A DNA stretch of 64,000 bases from a virus (taxonomy: Duplodnaviria > Caudoviricetes), in IMG/VR virus record IMGVR_UViG_3300021431_000075, positions 64,001 through 128,000 of that record. The stretch is one strand, 5' to 3'. The notes beneath the pieces are model-generated. The model made no database searches. It was not told where the DNA came from and saw only the letters and a program-made list of their open reading frames with translations. Numbering within the stretch: the stretch's first letter is position 1; each line of letters begins with the position of its first letter. The translations under genes were made by a program, and so were the position numbers. Shown here in pieces: positions 46,935-56,348 of the stretch.

Positions 46935-47231
46935 TCAATCATCAAACTCATCTGCAAGTTCTCTCAGCATTTGAGCAACGTCAGAGCTGCCAGCATAGAA
47001 CTTATTTGCAACAAGGATGTTCTTGACTTTCTCTTTCATTTCTTCAATAGAAATCCTGTCACAGTTGCAAGAACCACAATCGCTTCCTTTTGCTTCTTCA
47101 ACGTTATCGCTCAAATCTCCAAACAAAGAATTGGCGACATCATCTGCCTCTCCGGCATATTTCTCAGCTTCATATTCATCACAGAAATTGCAATTCCGAC
47201 TGCAGACTTTCCAAAATTTGCAAACAGACAT
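46935..47231 (-). CDS. Hypothetical Cys-rich acidic protein
   Basis: 98 aa ORF. Confidence 0.7.
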   Translation of the reverse strand: MSVCKFWKVCSRNCNFCDEYEAEKYAGEADDVANSLFGDLSDNVEEAKGSDCGSCNCDRISIEEMKEKVKNILVANKFYAGSSDVAQMLRELADEFDD

Positions 47232-47251
47232 AATCGTTATTTTATTTTAGT

Positions 47252-47464
47252 TCATTCTTCGGTTAATTTATCTTTAAACTTCAAATATTCTGAGCATAAA
47301 GACTTGCAATAATACTTTTCCATTTCAGTGCATCTTGAATCACAAAACGCTTTCAACGCCTTATCTATGCAAAAATCATAGCAATCATCGAACAGCGTTC
47401 TCGGATTTATAACTTCTACCGGTCTTCCATGACCGTCAAAAATCTTACTTCTTGAACTGCTCAT
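47252..47464 (-). CDS. Hypothetical Cys-rich protein
   Basis: 70 aa; AFCDSRC...CKSLCSEYLKFKD. Confidence 0.65.
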   Translation of the reverse strand: MSSSRSKIFDGHGRPVEVINPRTLFDDCYDFCIDKALKAFCDSRCTEMEKYYCKSLCSEYLKFKDKLTEE

Positions 47465-47864
47465 TTGGTTTTATTTGTTTTAGTTCATAATCGGTGACAA
47501 GTTCTGCAAGTCCGTTCACTATCAAACCATGATGATCGAAACCGTTCTCGTTCAACCAGTCTATGCTTGACGACGTATCATAGTAACAAGCGAACTCGCC
47601 GTCATCTCTAAATATACATCGCTTATGATATTCAACAAGTTCAAGCTCTGTCATAGAATCTTTCCTGCGAAGGAAAGGTCTCAAGACATCAACAACTCCA
47701 TGTCTAAAATCATCAAGAAGTTCTCCTGTCAATGTAGCAATATGAAACTGATACCCATTAAAACTGCTCACACCGACATTAACTTTGATTTCATACGGCA
47801 ACCTGCCGCTCAAATCCTTATAAACAAGTTTTCTGTTCTCGTCAAGTTCAAATCCAAACATCAT
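47445..47864 (-). CDS. Hypothetical phage protein, paralog of 57252-57689 (start moved to MMFGFE)
   Basis: KDLSGRLPY...RPFLR..SMTE.E...IDWLNENGFDHHGLI. Confidence 0.75.
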   Translation of the reverse strand: MMFGFELDENRKLVYKDLSGRLPYEIKVNVGVSSFNGYQFHIATLTGELLDDFRHGVVDVLRPFLRRKDSMTELELVEYHKRCIFRDDGEFACYYDTSSSIDWLNENGFDHHGLIVNGLAELVTDYELKQIKPNEQFKK

Positions 47865-47880
47865 TTTCTGCAACTTTGTT

Positions 47881-48465
47881 TCAATCTTCTTTTGCAAAAC
47901 CGTGTTCAACACACCAGTTGTACATTTCCTGCATTGACTCCTGCGGTGTCTTTCCGTAGCAAATCGCATTGTCATAAGGACCTGTCTCTGAATCCGGGTT
48001 CATACAAACCGCTACTTCGTCAGTTCCATAGCAAGCCTTCCAATCCTTTCCATCATTGTGCAACGTAAACCAGCCGATATCAAGACCATCCTTGTCATCA
48101 GATGCATAACCGACAACTTCGCCTTCATCATTGAGCAGCTTGTTTCTTCCAATATGCGACGGCAATCTCTTGAAAAGCTCATCAACTGACATAAGACCGG
48201 AAGAATCTTCCTTGATAACCGCATCTATCGGAACAAAATCGAATCTTGGAACATAACCACATTTCATTGCAAGTTCAACTAACTTGCTCAACTTTGGATT
48301 GTAGTCATAGTCCATCAGTTTCTTGATGCTGCTTTTAGACAAACCGAATTCTTCTATAGAAATCTTCTTGCCTTCTCCGGCATGCTCTACGATAAACCTA
48401 TTGAACTGCAAACACAATTTTGCAATCCAATATTCCGGAGCATTCAAAAGTTCTTCTCTTGTCAT
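47881..48465 (-). CDS. XRE-like HTH protein with C-terminal extension
   Basis: MTREELLNAPEYW...FGLSKSSIKKLMDYDYNPKLSKLVELAMKCGYVP. Confidence 0.7.
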   Translation of the reverse strand: MTREELLNAPEYWIAKLCLQFNRFIVEHAGEGKKISIEEFGLSKSSIKKLMDYDYNPKLSKLVELAMKCGYVPRFDFVPIDAVIKEDSSGLMSVDELFKRLPSHIGRNKLLNDEGEVVGYASDDKDGLDIGWFTLHNDGKDWKACYGTDEVAVCMNPDSETGPYDNAICYGKTPQESMQEMYNWCVEHGFAKED

Positions 48466-48475
48466 TGCTTTATAA

Positions 48476-48856
48476 TTAAAAATTAGTTTTCATGAATTGT
48501 AGAAAATCAGCAACATCACGCATTTTCATTTTCATCAATAATAGAAAACAAGCATCAACTTCATTGTCTGTTCCATTTGTCGAATAAACCTTTCCTTCTT
48601 TTTGAACAGTCACCAACAGCAAACCACTTTCTTTATCTCGTGAAATCTGATAACTGTCGAACAAAGACAATAATGCAGCAAGAGACCAACATGGAGTCTT
48701 TTCTTTTGAAGAACACGGATGTTGACAATTTGTATGAATAATGTGGTAGCAATCATTATGTCGAACATAATAAGAATCTGCAGTTTTCTCATCCAAGATT
48801 AATCCAAGCAGCTCCGACTGTTTCAAGTCTGTATGAGTTTTAACTTTTATTTCCAT
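48476..48856 (-). CDS. Hypothetical phage protein (T..QS..L / TAD.YY / PCWS family)
   Basis: Same motifs as the C-terminal domain of 62355-63050. Confidence 0.75.
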   Translation of the reverse strand: MEIKVKTHTDLKQSELLGLILDEKTADSYYVRHNDCYHIIHTNCQHPCSSKEKTPCWSLAALLSLFDSYQISRDKESGLLLVTVQKEGKVYSTNGTDNEVDACFLLLMKMKMRDVADFLQFMKTNF

Positions 48857-48966
48857 AATTAATCTTCTTTGTTCAAAATCTCATCTTTAAACTTACAAAA
48901 TCTTTCGCATCTGTTATTGCAACTACATTGCTGTTCATCTGTACATAACGAATTGCAGTATAACAG

Positions 48967-49230
48967 TCATGCATTCAAACCAAGAAACTCACGAACCTTG
49001 TCTTTTTGTATTCTTGGAATAGGACTCCAAGCAATGACCCTATTGTCTGCATAGTCACAGACATGGTTCTCACCATCAGGATCGTGTTCTTCTGTCATCT
49101 GGCTGCACCAATATTTGCTTATATCATCATAAACATAAACATAGAAACCAGACATATAACTATCATAGCAAAAACATCTTTGCATATGCTCAGGTCTCTT
49201 GACCTTTGTATCAATCCATTTAATTTCCAT
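48967..49230 (-). CDS. Hypothetical protein (DUF551-like)
   Basis: WIDTKVKRPE...VIAWSPIP pattern. Confidence 0.65.
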   Translation of the reverse strand: MEIKWIDTKVKRPEHMQRCFCYDSYMSGFYVYVYDDISKYWCSQMTEEHDPDGENHVCDYADNRVIAWSPIPRIQKDKVREFLGLNA

Positions 49231-49269
49231 ACAGTTATCTCTCTTTTAGTCAACAAAAAAGTTCATCAT

Positions 49270-49554
49270 TCAAGCATCCGGTTCTTCCTTAATGACAGAA
49301 TCCATCGGGATGAAATCAATCACCGGGATATAACCGCATTTCATCACCAGTTCAACCATCTTGCTCAACTTGGGATCAAAAAACAGATTATTCAGTTTTT
49401 CCGTCATTTCTGGCGAACTGCATCCATCTTTTAAATCATCATCATCCTTGATTTCTTTAAAATGTTTTAGAATAAAATGGCTATATTTTGTACACAAGCC
49501 AACACTCCAATTTTCTGGAGATTTTTTTAAAAGTTCTACTTCTGCTTTTGTCAT
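49270..49554 (-). CDS. Degenerate XRE-like HTH, paralog of 47881-48465
   Basis: ELLKKSPENW...FDPKLSKMVELVMKCGYIPVIDFIPMDSVIKE. Confidence 0.7.
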   Translation of the reverse strand: MTKAEVELLKKSPENWSVGLCTKYSHFILKHFKEIKDDDDLKDGCSSPEMTEKLNNLFFDPKLSKMVELVMKCGYIPVIDFIPMDSVIKEEPDA

Positions 49555-49570
49555 TGTTTCTTATTTTTAA

Positions 49571-50035
49571 CTAATTGCTTGTTTTTGAACCGTCAACAAG
49601 ACCTGCTTTCTTGTAATATTCGATTATATTTTGTATAAATGCCGCATCTAACCTTAAATTTCCAAGCAAAAAGAAATATTTCAACAACTTATAAACATCA
49701 CTTTCGTACTCAACTGGCACAAATGAAGTGAACAGTTGTCGAACGTTCATTTGAAACTGCTTACCAAGAGCATTGTCACTTCTGACATTATATAAGCCGT
49801 CTGAAACATATTCAAGCCAATATGTTTCTCCTTGCTTCATCCATGTCATAACCGGAATGATGCAACGAAGAAAACGACCAGTCACAAAATCCCTGATAAC
49901 ATCTTCGTCTATCACGTTTTGACTACCATCAGCACCAACGATCATGTGATTGTCATCACAATCCTGTTCCCATTCTTCGAACGATTCACCAAATATGGCT
50001 TTTATCCATCTTCTTGAAAATATTTGCTGTTTCAT
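49571..50035 (-). CDS. Hypothetical protein
   Basis: 154 aa; ends YYKKAGLVDGSKTSN. Confidence 0.75.
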   Translation of the reverse strand: MKQQIFSRRWIKAIFGESFEEWEQDCDDNHMIVGADGSQNVIDEDVIRDFVTGRFLRCIIPVMTWMKQGETYWLEYVSDGLYNVRSDNALGKQFQMNVRQLFTSFVPVEYESDVYKLLKYFFLLGNLRLDAAFIQNIIEYYKKAGLVDGSKTSN

Positions 50036-50104
50036 AATGTATCTATAAACCTTGCTTAATTATAGTGTTTTCGAACCGTCAACAAGACCTTCTTTCTTAT
50101 AATA
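49580..50104. repeat. 39-bp imperfect direct repeat (49580-49618 and 50066-50104) forming the 3' ends of two adjacent genes
   Basis: tgtttt(t/c)gaaccgtcaacaagacct(g/t)ctttctt(g/a)taata, 3 mismatches. Confidence 0.85.
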
Positions 50105-50269
50105 GTCAACATATTCTTGTGCATCCGGTCCTATTTCGTTCCATTGACTGATTTCATTCCATTCTCTTTCAAGAACATCTTTCGGAGTTTCTTTAAAATG
50201 TCTCTCCAACCCGTCTGAAATCAGACCGTTACTGCTCTCAACAGTTCTGTTTATTTCTAAATCTTCCAT
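50060..50269 (-). CDS. Hypothetical protein
   Basis: 69 aa; ends YYKKEGLVDGSKTL. Confidence 0.7.
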   Translation of the reverse strand: MEDLEINRTVESSNGLISDGLERHFKETPKDVLEREWNEISQWNEIGPDAQEYVDYYKKEGLVDGSKTL

Positions 50270-50272
50270 TTA

Positions 50273-50503
50273 TCAAACATTCTTAACAAACAAACTAATA
50301 TCTACCCTGTCAGCAAGACTGGACTCCAAGAATGTGATAGAAGTTATCTCATAGTTCCTGTATTTGCGACAACTTTCAACTCCGGCTCTATAATCACTCA
50401 ACCAGAATGTGACTTCATGCTCATCTTCTGTTTCAGATTCAACAATCAACTTGACTCTTGCTTCTTCGTCACAAATCAAATTAAAAAAATCATCAACAGT
50501 CAT
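50273..50503 (-). CDS. Hypothetical acidic protein
   Basis: 76 aa ORF, tightly packed. Confidence 0.7.
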   Translation of the reverse strand: MTVDDFFNLICDEEARVKLIVESETEDEHEVTFWLSDYRAGVESCRKYRNYEITSITFLESSLADRVDISLFVKNV

Positions 50504-50506
50504 AAA

Positions 50507-51022
50507 TTATTCAACTTTAATGTATTCGACATCTACATCATTAGCGTCATCACCATCTTCCTTCACGAACTTGTCAAAACCGGCGAACTTCTCGACCCAT
50601 TTACGAGTCCTTGCATCATAGCATCCGAACCATTTTGCAATCATGGTTATGAAACCGGGCATCGCAAGATGCTTGCTCAAAAACTCTTCATATGCACTCT
50701 CGGCTTCTTCCCTGCTTGTAGCGAACTCGCATTTCTCGCCGTTAGTCTCATAGTTGAAATTGATGTTGTATTGCTCAGTCACTTTATCCATGATGTCTTT
50801 CAGTGTCGGTGCATAATCAACAACAGAAAGCGGTTCCGCAAGTCCGACATAGACAATGCTGTTCAGTTCTCCGTTTTCATCTTCGCCGAAGTAATCATCA
50901 TCTTCATTGTTCCAAGCGTCATCAACAAACTTGACAAGTTCTTCAACTGAACTAAACTTATCGGAAAAACACTCGTCTTCATTGGGTCCAAATATAAACT
51001 CGTTTCTTGTTTCTTCTTCCAT
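50507..51022 (-). CDS. Hypothetical acidic protein
   Basis: 171 aa, very D/E-rich. Confidence 0.75.
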   Translation of the reverse strand: MEEETRNEFIFGPNEDECFSDKFSSVEELVKFVDDAWNNEDDDYFGEDENGELNSIVYVGLAEPLSVVDYAPTLKDIMDKVTEQYNINFNYETNGEKCEFATSREEAESAYEEFLSKHLAMPGFITMIAKWFGCYDARTRKWVEKFAGFDKFVKEDGDDANDVDVEYIKVE

Positions 51023-51155
51023 CTTCTATCTTTTTAATGCATGTCTCTTGTCTCACAAAATGCAGGATAACCGTTGCACATAATCTTCCGGCATTTGATG
51101 ACTTTTTTCATCTTATTGTATGTCTCTTTCAACTTCTTTAATCTCATTTTGATTT

Positions 51156-52232
51156 CTATGCTTCATTAGAATATCTTGCTGAATTTTCAACAATCTCTTT
51201 CTCTGTAGCACGTCTGAAATAATTGTCGAAATCTCTCTTTGAAACATGGATGAAACTTCCGCTTCCGGGCCATGAGCACAGGTCTCCGTCTTTCGAACAA
51301 TAAAGAACCGAACCTTCCACGAGATGCATAAAATGTTTCTTGACTACATACCAGCAGCCTTCTGTCGGATATACAAAACTTCGGTCTGTAGCTGTACTGC
51401 TCACATCACAACCTTCATTTGCACGCACTTCAACAGACGCAAGCAAACTGAGAATCTTGTCAATATCCATCCCATACCAGACACAACGAGTCGGTTTCTC
51501 GTCTGTATTGTCTTGATTTCTCTTTAACGTATTGCTCTTCACTTCATTGAATTGCTTAACTACTTTGCCGAGCATCGAACTGTCATAATAGTTATTGACA
51601 GAATTCGAATCTTTCAATTTCTTAAAAAAGCAAATGAGTTCACCGATTTCAAGTCCATGCCATGATAATGGTTCTTCACTATCAATCTCATTATAAATGC
51701 CTTCGAAAACATCAATGATTCTCTGAATCAGAAAGTTCCTGTCGTTATATTCGACCGGTTTCTTCACATCTCTAACCACAGGACCTGTCGAACAACCAAC
51801 AGGTTTGCATCCAATACCGGCTTTGTTCTTATAGAACTTGACTGCATCAAGACAAGCATTGAGAACATAGTCAGAAACATCATTCGCGCCTATTGAATAA
51901 TTCTCAATTGTCTTGAACCTTTTCATCAGTTCATCCCAGACATTGCGAGAGTACTTGTCAGCAAAATCAACAATACTTATGTCTGTTTTTGATTTCTGCG
52001 ATTCAATCAATGCAATTGCATCACCAACGGTAACAAACCCCTTGATTGGCTCATCTTTGTCCTCAAAAGATTTCAATAATTCCAAGATACCGTCCAGAAT
52101 CATTCCATTGACAAGTTCTGCTGATTCCGGAAACATTCGTGCAAGCGTTCTTGCACAAATCGTTTCTCTTTTTTCTAAGGCATCTTGGACAATGCCGAGA
52201 GCATTTTCATAGTTGTTTTTGTCTGTATCCAT
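51156..52232 (-). CDS. Hypothetical multi-domain phage protein
   Basis: 358 aa; C-terminal EGCWYVVKK segment resembles AGNWYTCIK in 40997-42370. Confidence 0.75.
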   Translation of the reverse strand: MDTDKNNYENALGIVQDALEKRETICARTLARMFPESAELVNGMILDGILELLKSFEDKDEPIKGFVTVGDAIALIESQKSKTDISIVDFADKYSRNVWDELMKRFKTIENYSIGANDVSDYVLNACLDAVKFYKNKAGIGCKPVGCSTGPVVRDVKKPVEYNDRNFLIQRIIDVFEGIYNEIDSEEPLSWHGLEIGELICFFKKLKDSNSVNNYYDSSMLGKVVKQFNEVKSNTLKRNQDNTDEKPTRCVWYGMDIDKILSLLASVEVRANEGCDVSSTATDRSFVYPTEGCWYVVKKHFMHLVEGSVLYCSKDGDLCSWPGSGSFIHVSKRDFDNYFRRATEKEIVENSARYSNEA

Positions 52233-52240
52233 ATCTTACA

Positions 52241-52945
52241 TCAATGAACAAGTTCAACAAATTTACCAAGTTCGAAATATTTTCTTGCCAAATCACGAAA
52301 ACCATCTCTGTTCAACGTAACAGCATCACCAAACTTGATTAAATCTTTCTCAAGCATATTCTCAAATTCATCATGAGTATCTTCAACAGGTTTCTTCTCG
52401 TCTTCTATAATGAAATTGTTTTTCTTCATCATATCAAAAAGAATCTGCCTCTCTGCTTTGGAAGCAGGAGTTATCATTTCTTTGTTTCCAGTCCAGTTGT
52501 CACATGCAGTTCTAAAATCTCCATATGAATCAATGCCGCAATAAGAACTGATATGGTTCACTTCATCAATCGACTTGAACATAAACGGTCTCATATCGCT
52601 TGTAAGAAGAACGTCCTTGTCTTTTGCTTCATATATGCTCCAAGGTTTCATGAACTTCTCTTTCTCGACTTCCATACCTGTACCGTCTGAAAACTGATAG
52701 ATTCCGTTACAGAACTTCTTGACTTGCAAAGTTTCAGGTTCTTCATCACTCAACCATTCATGATAAACAATCCAGTCTCCAGGGTTGAAACGATGTGCAA
52801 CATCCTTTTGCACAGAACCGTTCTCAAGATACGAAAGAGCAGAAACAAAATCCTGCAAAGTCACAGGTTTTCCGTATTCCTGTTTCTTGACTGCCGAAAG
52901 CGCATCGACAAACTCTGAAAACTTATCAAGATCTTTCTTGTCCAT
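52241..52945 (-). CDS. Repeat-module protein (single KFxxGDW/WxI.DA module)
   Basis: RFNPGDWI...PWSIYEAKDKDVLL...TPASKAERQILFDMM. Confidence 0.78.
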   Translation of the reverse strand: MDKKDLDKFSEFVDALSAVKKQEYGKPVTLQDFVSALSYLENGSVQKDVAHRFNPGDWIVYHEWLSDEEPETLQVKKFCNGIYQFSDGTGMEVEKEKFMKPWSIYEAKDKDVLLTSDMRPFMFKSIDEVNHISSYCGIDSYGDFRTACDNWTGNKEMITPASKAERQILFDMMKKNNFIIEDEKKPVEDTHDEFENMLEKDLIKFGDAVTLNRDGFRDLARKYFELGKFVELVH

Positions 52946-53063
52946 TGTTCTGTTTCAATTAAAAAATGCAACATAAACCGGACCTGCATAATGCAATCGT
53001 CCAATGTGTGTTGCAAATTTAATAACTTTTTTCCATTCAGACAAAATTAAACCTGTTAAAAAA

Positions 53064-53387
53064 TTAAAAAACTTCTTCGGTGCTATCTTCTGGCGGCTCC
53101 GGACGCAAATCATCTTCTTCAATAAGTTTTCTGATTTCAACTACTGCAGTTGCAGAATCAAGATTTCCGAAATCATCTTTATGTCTTTCGATAAACTTAT
53201 GCAGAGCGTCATAAAATCTCTTGTTCAACTTGCTCTCTGTCCAAAATGCAGCTTTCAATGCAGACATTGTTGCAAATGTAGATAACGTCTCGGCTGTACT
53301 CCGGTCAATGCCATCACAAACAAGATTGTCACGAACATCGAGACCAATCCCTACGCATTTGTTCTCTATCTCTTTCTTAAATCCCAT
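53064..53387 (-). CDS. Hypothetical protein
   Basis: 107 aa ORF. Confidence 0.7.
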   Translation of the reverse strand: MGFKKEIENKCVGIGLDVRDNLVCDGIDRSTAETLSTFATMSALKAAFWTESKLNKRFYDALHKFIERHKDDFGNLDSATAVVEIRKLIEEDDLRPEPPEDSTEEVF

Positions 53388-53429
53388 CTAAAAACAAACG
53401 TTACTTGTCAAAACTCATCGAAGCAAAAA

Positions 53430-53625
53430 CAGAATTCTCTTTCTCATAGTTCTGTAGAACATAGAAATTCATAGAATCTCGTATGTTTACTTTCTTTTGA
53501 CGATTCATCGGTGACTTGGTACTCACAAGACCGCTCATTAAATGAACGCGTTTTCCTATTGGTCATCTCCACGTCCCGTCTCCCTGAACTCAAGGGCAGC
53601 CAGTTTTTTTAGAGTTCTGGTTCTC
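53430..53625 (-). ncRNA. Putative TnpB omegaRNA / right-end region
   Basis: ~200 nt non-coding segment overlapping the tnpB 3' end, with hairpins (CCCTTGAG..CAGGG; CGCGTTCATT/AATGAGCG). Ends approximate. Confidence 0.55.
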
Positions 53626-55306
53626 TATCTTTCATTTGTAGTTCATCAAGTTCTGCTCGATGCTTCTTGTTGTAGCCCTCAATTCCGAACGAAACTATAT
53701 TATCGCTTGCACCCTCGTCCCTGTTTATGACAGCACCACAGTTCTTGCAAGTCCACACACGCTCTGCAAGCGTAAGTTCCTTGTACTTGTGCCCGCATAC
53801 CGGGCAAGTCTTCGAAGATGCAGCGAACCTTCCAATCTTGTAGTAGATTCTTCCGTACCGTTCAGCCTTATATGACAGGAATTGAGTGAACTGGCTCCAG
53901 CCTGCATTCGATATGGCTTTTGACAGATGCTCATTCTTTACCATACCAGAAACATTAAGATCTTCTGTGACTATCATCTTGTTCTCTCTGACAAGCCTTG
54001 TCGTAATCTTATGGTTGTAGTTGCTTCTTCTATTCGCTATCTTCGCAGACCACTTCGCCGCGCGCTTCCTCATTCGCTCATGCCTGTTCGAAGAATACTG
54101 CCATGCGGGTCTGCTGCATTCAGATGCAACATTTGCATTTTGCTTGGATGTCTTCTTCTTGCGCTTCTTGCCGAACGGCTTGGTTGTCGCCCTCTTCGAC
54201 TTGTATTGCGCAAGATTCTTCAGTCTTCTCTTGTTTAGAAAACTATCCCTGTCATAGTTTCGCTCTTTATCATTGTCTTTGTTCCTTGATGTCGTTCTTT
54301 TACTTACATTATACTCTGTTCTTGAAAGGACTTTCTGCCAGTGCTTGTATTTCTTATTGTAGTGTTCAAGCCTTGTACATCCGTTCTTGTTGAACATTCG
54401 TTCTTTCTCGTTATCTTCCTTGTAGTCGTTCAAGTTCGGCATGTGAACATACTCGACTTCGCCGTCCACAAACGAGACGAAGCCATCATCATCAATGAAC
54501 ATCTTCTGATGATGCTCAATCGTATGCTCCTTGAGTCCCAGGTCAAGACCGCATATCATATCGCAATCTTTAATGTCTATATCACGAGAAGCAATAAGAA
54601 CAGAAGCGTACATCTTCCCGTCCGGAGCAACCGAAACGGTTATGCTTCGTATCTTCTTCTGGTTCCTGTTCAGATACTTCTCATCCCTTCTTGAACACTT
54701 GAATAGAACATCTGTCAGTTCAGAGCAAATCGATATCCTGTTTCCGTATATACATCGTATTCCTTTCTTGCTCTGGCTTCCGGGAATCGCATCCATAGGA
54801 ATGCGGAACGAATCATTGTGCCTGCTCTTCTTCTTGAACACTGGCTCATCAAAATCCTCAGGAAACTTTATATGGTTTGACAGAGCAGTTGAGAAGTTCA
54901 AGACTGCTTGACTAAGCATCTTCGAATGAACATCCTTAAGAAACGAGTAATCTTCATTGGATTTAAGCAAGTTCAGAACAGCATTTCCCTCTTTCATTCC
55001 GTATTTCGGATACTTATGCTCGGATTCACCGTTCTTCCATTCTCTTAAACTTTGCTCTTTCTTCGACTCATAGTCCGCAACTATCTTGTTGTAAACAAGA
55101 CGAGCGCATCCGCAAGAACGAAATATATAGTCTTCTTGTGCCTTGCTGTTCGGATAAATCCGAAGCATTATTCCCATAGCATCAAAAGTCCGCTTCTTGG
55201 GCTGTCTTTTCTTCTTGTTTTTAGATTTAGAGACAGAAGAACTTGAAGAAATATTTTTTGATGATTTCTTCTCTACTTTTCTTCTATGATGCTTGTGAAT
55301 AGACAC
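53609..55306 (-). CDS. tnpB: TnpB RNA-guided endonuclease with Lys/Arg-rich insertions
   Basis: LRIYP...GCARLVYN, CGLDLGLK, IVTEDLNV, SSKTCPVC...WTCKNC, NRDEGAS. Catalytic triad intact. Confidence 0.92.
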   Translation of the reverse strand: MSIHKHHRRKVEKKSSKNISSSSSVSKSKNKKKRQPKKRTFDAMGIMLRIYPNSKAQEDYIFRSCGCARLVYNKIVADYESKKEQSLREWKNGESEHKYPKYGMKEGNAVLNLLKSNEDYSFLKDVHSKMLSQAVLNFSTALSNHIKFPEDFDEPVFKKKSRHNDSFRIPMDAIPGSQSKKGIRCIYGNRISICSELTDVLFKCSRRDEKYLNRNQKKIRSITVSVAPDGKMYASVLIASRDIDIKDCDMICGLDLGLKEHTIEHHQKMFIDDDGFVSFVDGEVEYVHMPNLNDYKEDNEKERMFNKNGCTRLEHYNKKYKHWQKVLSRTEYNVSKRTTSRNKDNDKERNYDRDSFLNKRRLKNLAQYKSKRATTKPFGKKRKKKTSKQNANVASECSRPAWQYSSNRHERMRKRAAKWSAKIANRRSNYNHKITTRLVRENKMIVTEDLNVSGMVKNEHLSKAISNAGWSQFTQFLSYKAERYGRIYYKIGRFAASSKTCPVCGHKYKELTLAERVWTCKNCGAVINRDEGASDNIVSFGIEGYNKKHRAELDELQMKDREPEL

Positions 55307-55341
55307 TATATTTTATATGAAGATTTCCAAATTGTTCTATA

Positions 55342-55932
55342 TTATTTATCTTCGCTCTGAAGTTCCCGAATCAACTTCTCTGTCCTTCTTCTGTTCTCAC
55401 GTAGTCCGTAAAGTTTTGCACAAAATGAAGACACTATAGAAACAAAGTCCTGCATCAAGTCTTCCTTGTCTTCACCGGACTCGTTGACTATCTCTATCTT
55501 CCTGCCATCCATACTCAATAGAGTCTGTATATAATTGAATCCGAATCTTGATAACTTGTCCTTATGTTCAACAACTATAATCTTTACACTTCTGTCCTTT
55601 AGAAGACTGTCAAGCTTCGGTCGCTCGTCATTCAGTCCGGAACCGACTTCCTTCACGACCTTTGAAACCTTGTAGCCGCGAGCCATGCAATAGCTTACAA
55701 GACGTTCCGCTTGGCTGTCAAGATTGCTCTTGTTCTCTGATGAAGACACACGAGCATATACTGCAACAGTGCTATCTTCATCACTTACAAAATGCTTGAT
55801 TGGTATGCAAATGTGATTCGTCTCGTCTATTATCGCATCGGGAAACTGACCTTTCTTATAGCGGTTCCATGCAGTCCTGTATGTCACTCCGAATCGTTTT
55901 GCATAATCAGATAACTTTATGTAGTAATCCAT
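55342..55932 (-). CDS. tnpA: IS607-family transposase
   Basis: KLSDYAKRFGVTYRTAW HTH, AVYARVSS, EVGSGLN, EHKDKLSRFG, DLMQDFVSI. Confidence 0.95.
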   Translation of the reverse strand: MDYYIKLSDYAKRFGVTYRTAWNRYKKGQFPDAIIDETNHICIPIKHFVSDEDSTVAVYARVSSSENKSNLDSQAERLVSYCMARGYKVSKVVKEVGSGLNDERPKLDSLLKDRSVKIIVVEHKDKLSRFGFNYIQTLLSMDGRKIEIVNESGEDKEDLMQDFVSIVSSFCAKLYGLRENRRRTEKLIRELQSEDK

Positions 55933-56025
55933 AACATCCGTAATTAAAATTTATAACCTATTAATGTTACTGATTTTTACTACAATAGTTTAAAATTATT
56001 TACATATTTTTGATGGGTCTTTCTA

Positions 56026-56322
56026 TTAAATATGTGAACGATTACAATACTTATCAGTCACATGAATCAACTTCAAGAGATTATAATAATCTTCTTCCTC
56101 ATACATATAAAACATGCCATTAACATGTCCTTCGCCAGAAAACTGTCCCATAACAGTAAACCTGTCTTTATGCAAAGCATTTGTCACACTTGCATCAATA
56201 AACACACCATCAAATGAATTTGGAAGTTTAAGCGTGGCTTTCCAGACGCCTTCGCCATCAGTCATATTCAACCCTGTTTTCCAGCCATGATTCCTGAAAA
56301 ACTGTCTTGTTAATTTAGCCAT
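56026..56322 (-). CDS. Hypothetical protein, probably late-expressed
   Basis: 98 aa; preceded by the ATAAATATCTTATA motif. Confidence 0.75.
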   Translation of the reverse strand: MAKLTRQFFRNHGWKTGLNMTDGEGVWKATLKLPNSFDGVFIDASVTNALHKDRFTVMGQFSGEGHVNGMFYMYEEEDYYNLLKLIHVTDKYCNRSHI

Positions 56323-56348
56323 TTATTTCTGATTATTTCTTTTTAATT

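Larger units (their letters stand above)
53400..56010 (-). mobile_element. IS607-family element 3 (tnpA + tnpB); ends approximate
   Basis: tnpA-tnpB pair with an AT-rich left end and a non-coding right end. Confidence 0.8.

Noticed and set aside
10850-56010. CRISPR-Cas12 locus around the RuvC genes
   Set aside because: No repeat-spacer array was seen, and each RuvC gene is paired with an IS607 serine-recombinase tnpA.
53390-56025. IS607-3 as an IStron (group I intron) interrupting a gene
   Set aside because: Flanking genes appear complete with their own start and stop, and no group I core was recognised upstream of tnpA.
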